Of a DNA stretch of 64,000 nt, positions 62,710-64,000 are shown piece by piece. Below the pieces are notes generated by a model, which ran no database searches, was not told the DNA's origin, and worked only from the letters and a program-made list of their open reading frames with translations. Each line of letters begins with the position of its first letter. Position 1 is the first letter of the stretch. Made by a program: the position numbers and the translations under genes. The stretch is taken from the NCBI GenBank assembly GCA_030390025.1, contig CM059433.1, positions 806,001-870,000 of the forward strand. The letters are read 5' to 3'. The DNA is from Squalus acanthias. Taxonomy: Eukaryota.

Positions 62710-64000
62710 ATTCCCGGTAATTGGGCTTGGGCTTGTTAAGCACGCCCAGCGCGTTTCCCGGCCAATTAGAGGAAGCGGGTCTGGTGACGTCATTTGATGA
62801 TGCTTCATCAGCCGGCTTCCTTCAAGGGACCATGGCCAACTTTCATTTCACATTTGTGCTGTCAGTGTTCTACAGTATTGAGGTGCTGCAAACACTAACA
62901 AGCACTGCACAGAGGTACACGGCTGCACCCAGGTTCTCACATGACTCCCTCCATATACTTATGGATGGAGTCACAGCACACAGGGAGGACCTCTTCCCTT
63001 CCCATGGGCGGAAAAGAACTCCCCAGGACACCAACGCAGCCTGGTTGCACATTGCACAGGAGGGCACAAGCAGGGATGTGGTCAGGAGGGCCTGGGTGCA
63101 GTGCACAAACCTTTCAATGATCTCAGTAGATCATGAAACGTTACTGCAAAGCCACACTCACCTTCATCCTGCTGTGCCTCTCATCACATCCCCATCACTC
63201 TGCCTTCCCTACCCTACTCCTGCACATCCTTACTCACACCAACTTACCTTGCACCTCCACCCATCCCTCTTTATCTACATTATCACATCCCCATCTCACT
63301 AGCAACCCCTCACACTCACCCTCATCCTAGTGCAATCATACCAACTAACAACACACAAGGGTAGGCACTTGGGTGTTTTAGCCAATGTTCATGTAAAGTT
63401 TCTGTTAATGTGGTGTCAAACATTGAAATCCTTATTGTCACCACTTTGCATTCTTGGACAGATTTGTCTGCACCTTTGGAAGTGGCTTAGTGAGTTGCAG
63501 TGAATGGTGAGACATAACGGTACCCCCCGCAATGGCAACGAGTGTGAAAGGAATGGCTTGGACATTGTAGGGATGGTTTATGGTGTTGGTGTGGGGTGGT
63601 GCCAACCTGGCACATCATGTGGCAGCCAGGGTGTACAGCGTGAAGTGAAGTAAATGTGGCCATGGTGAGGCCATCCCTGGCCTCCCGGGCAGCAATGTGG
63701 TCGGGTGCTGATGTCCTGTGTCCTGTGCAGCATCAGGTAATTGTGGAGAAGGTTGGTGTTGTTGGTGATGCTGGTGTGCCTGGTGATGCTGGTGTTGGGG
63801 CTGATCGTGGTGGGATTCTGAGGACCACATTGAGAGAGTTTCAAGGGCACCCATGCTGATGGAATATATGGCAGGTGAAGTAGAGATGACAGAAGCAGTC
63901 TGTCAACGGTGGGAGAGGTAATGAGGTCAGACTGGATGAAGACTTGTGTGAAGACTTGCAGCATCCTGAATCTGTAGTGGAAATGCAATTTAGTGAAGCC

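Larger units (their letters stand above)
59383..64000. mobile_element. Decayed Harbinger split by LINE family B; Myb exon 1 at about 62910-63130 (plus); runs off the window
   Basis: GGCCGCAATTTTAC left end; AAPRFS..LHILMDGV..AWLHIAQE..R.WVQC peptide. Confidence 0.65.

Overview
Eukaryotic, repeat-dense window, most likely from a cartilaginous fish; this is inferred from CR1 LINEs with (CTATGTTT/CTATGATT)n tails, Deu-domain SINEs and HE1-type SINE sequence. I could not confidently identify a host gene. The window is mostly nested transposons: one apparently intact two-gene PIF/Harbinger (5794-9997), at least six decayed Harbingers and many Harbinger-type MITEs, a Penelope-like element with hammerhead ribozymes, a decayed Gypsy LTR element, and CR1, L2 and RTE LINE fragments, plus several minisatellites. 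The most unusual object is a near full-length CR1-group LINE (59486-62709, minus strand). It begins with a tRNA-like box A/box B head, has no ORF1, and by eye has no TTTT on its sense strand over about 3.2 kb, which suggests a Pol III-transcribed LINE. An internally deleted SINE form of it sits at 10552-10760. All coordinates and motif counts were read by eye.
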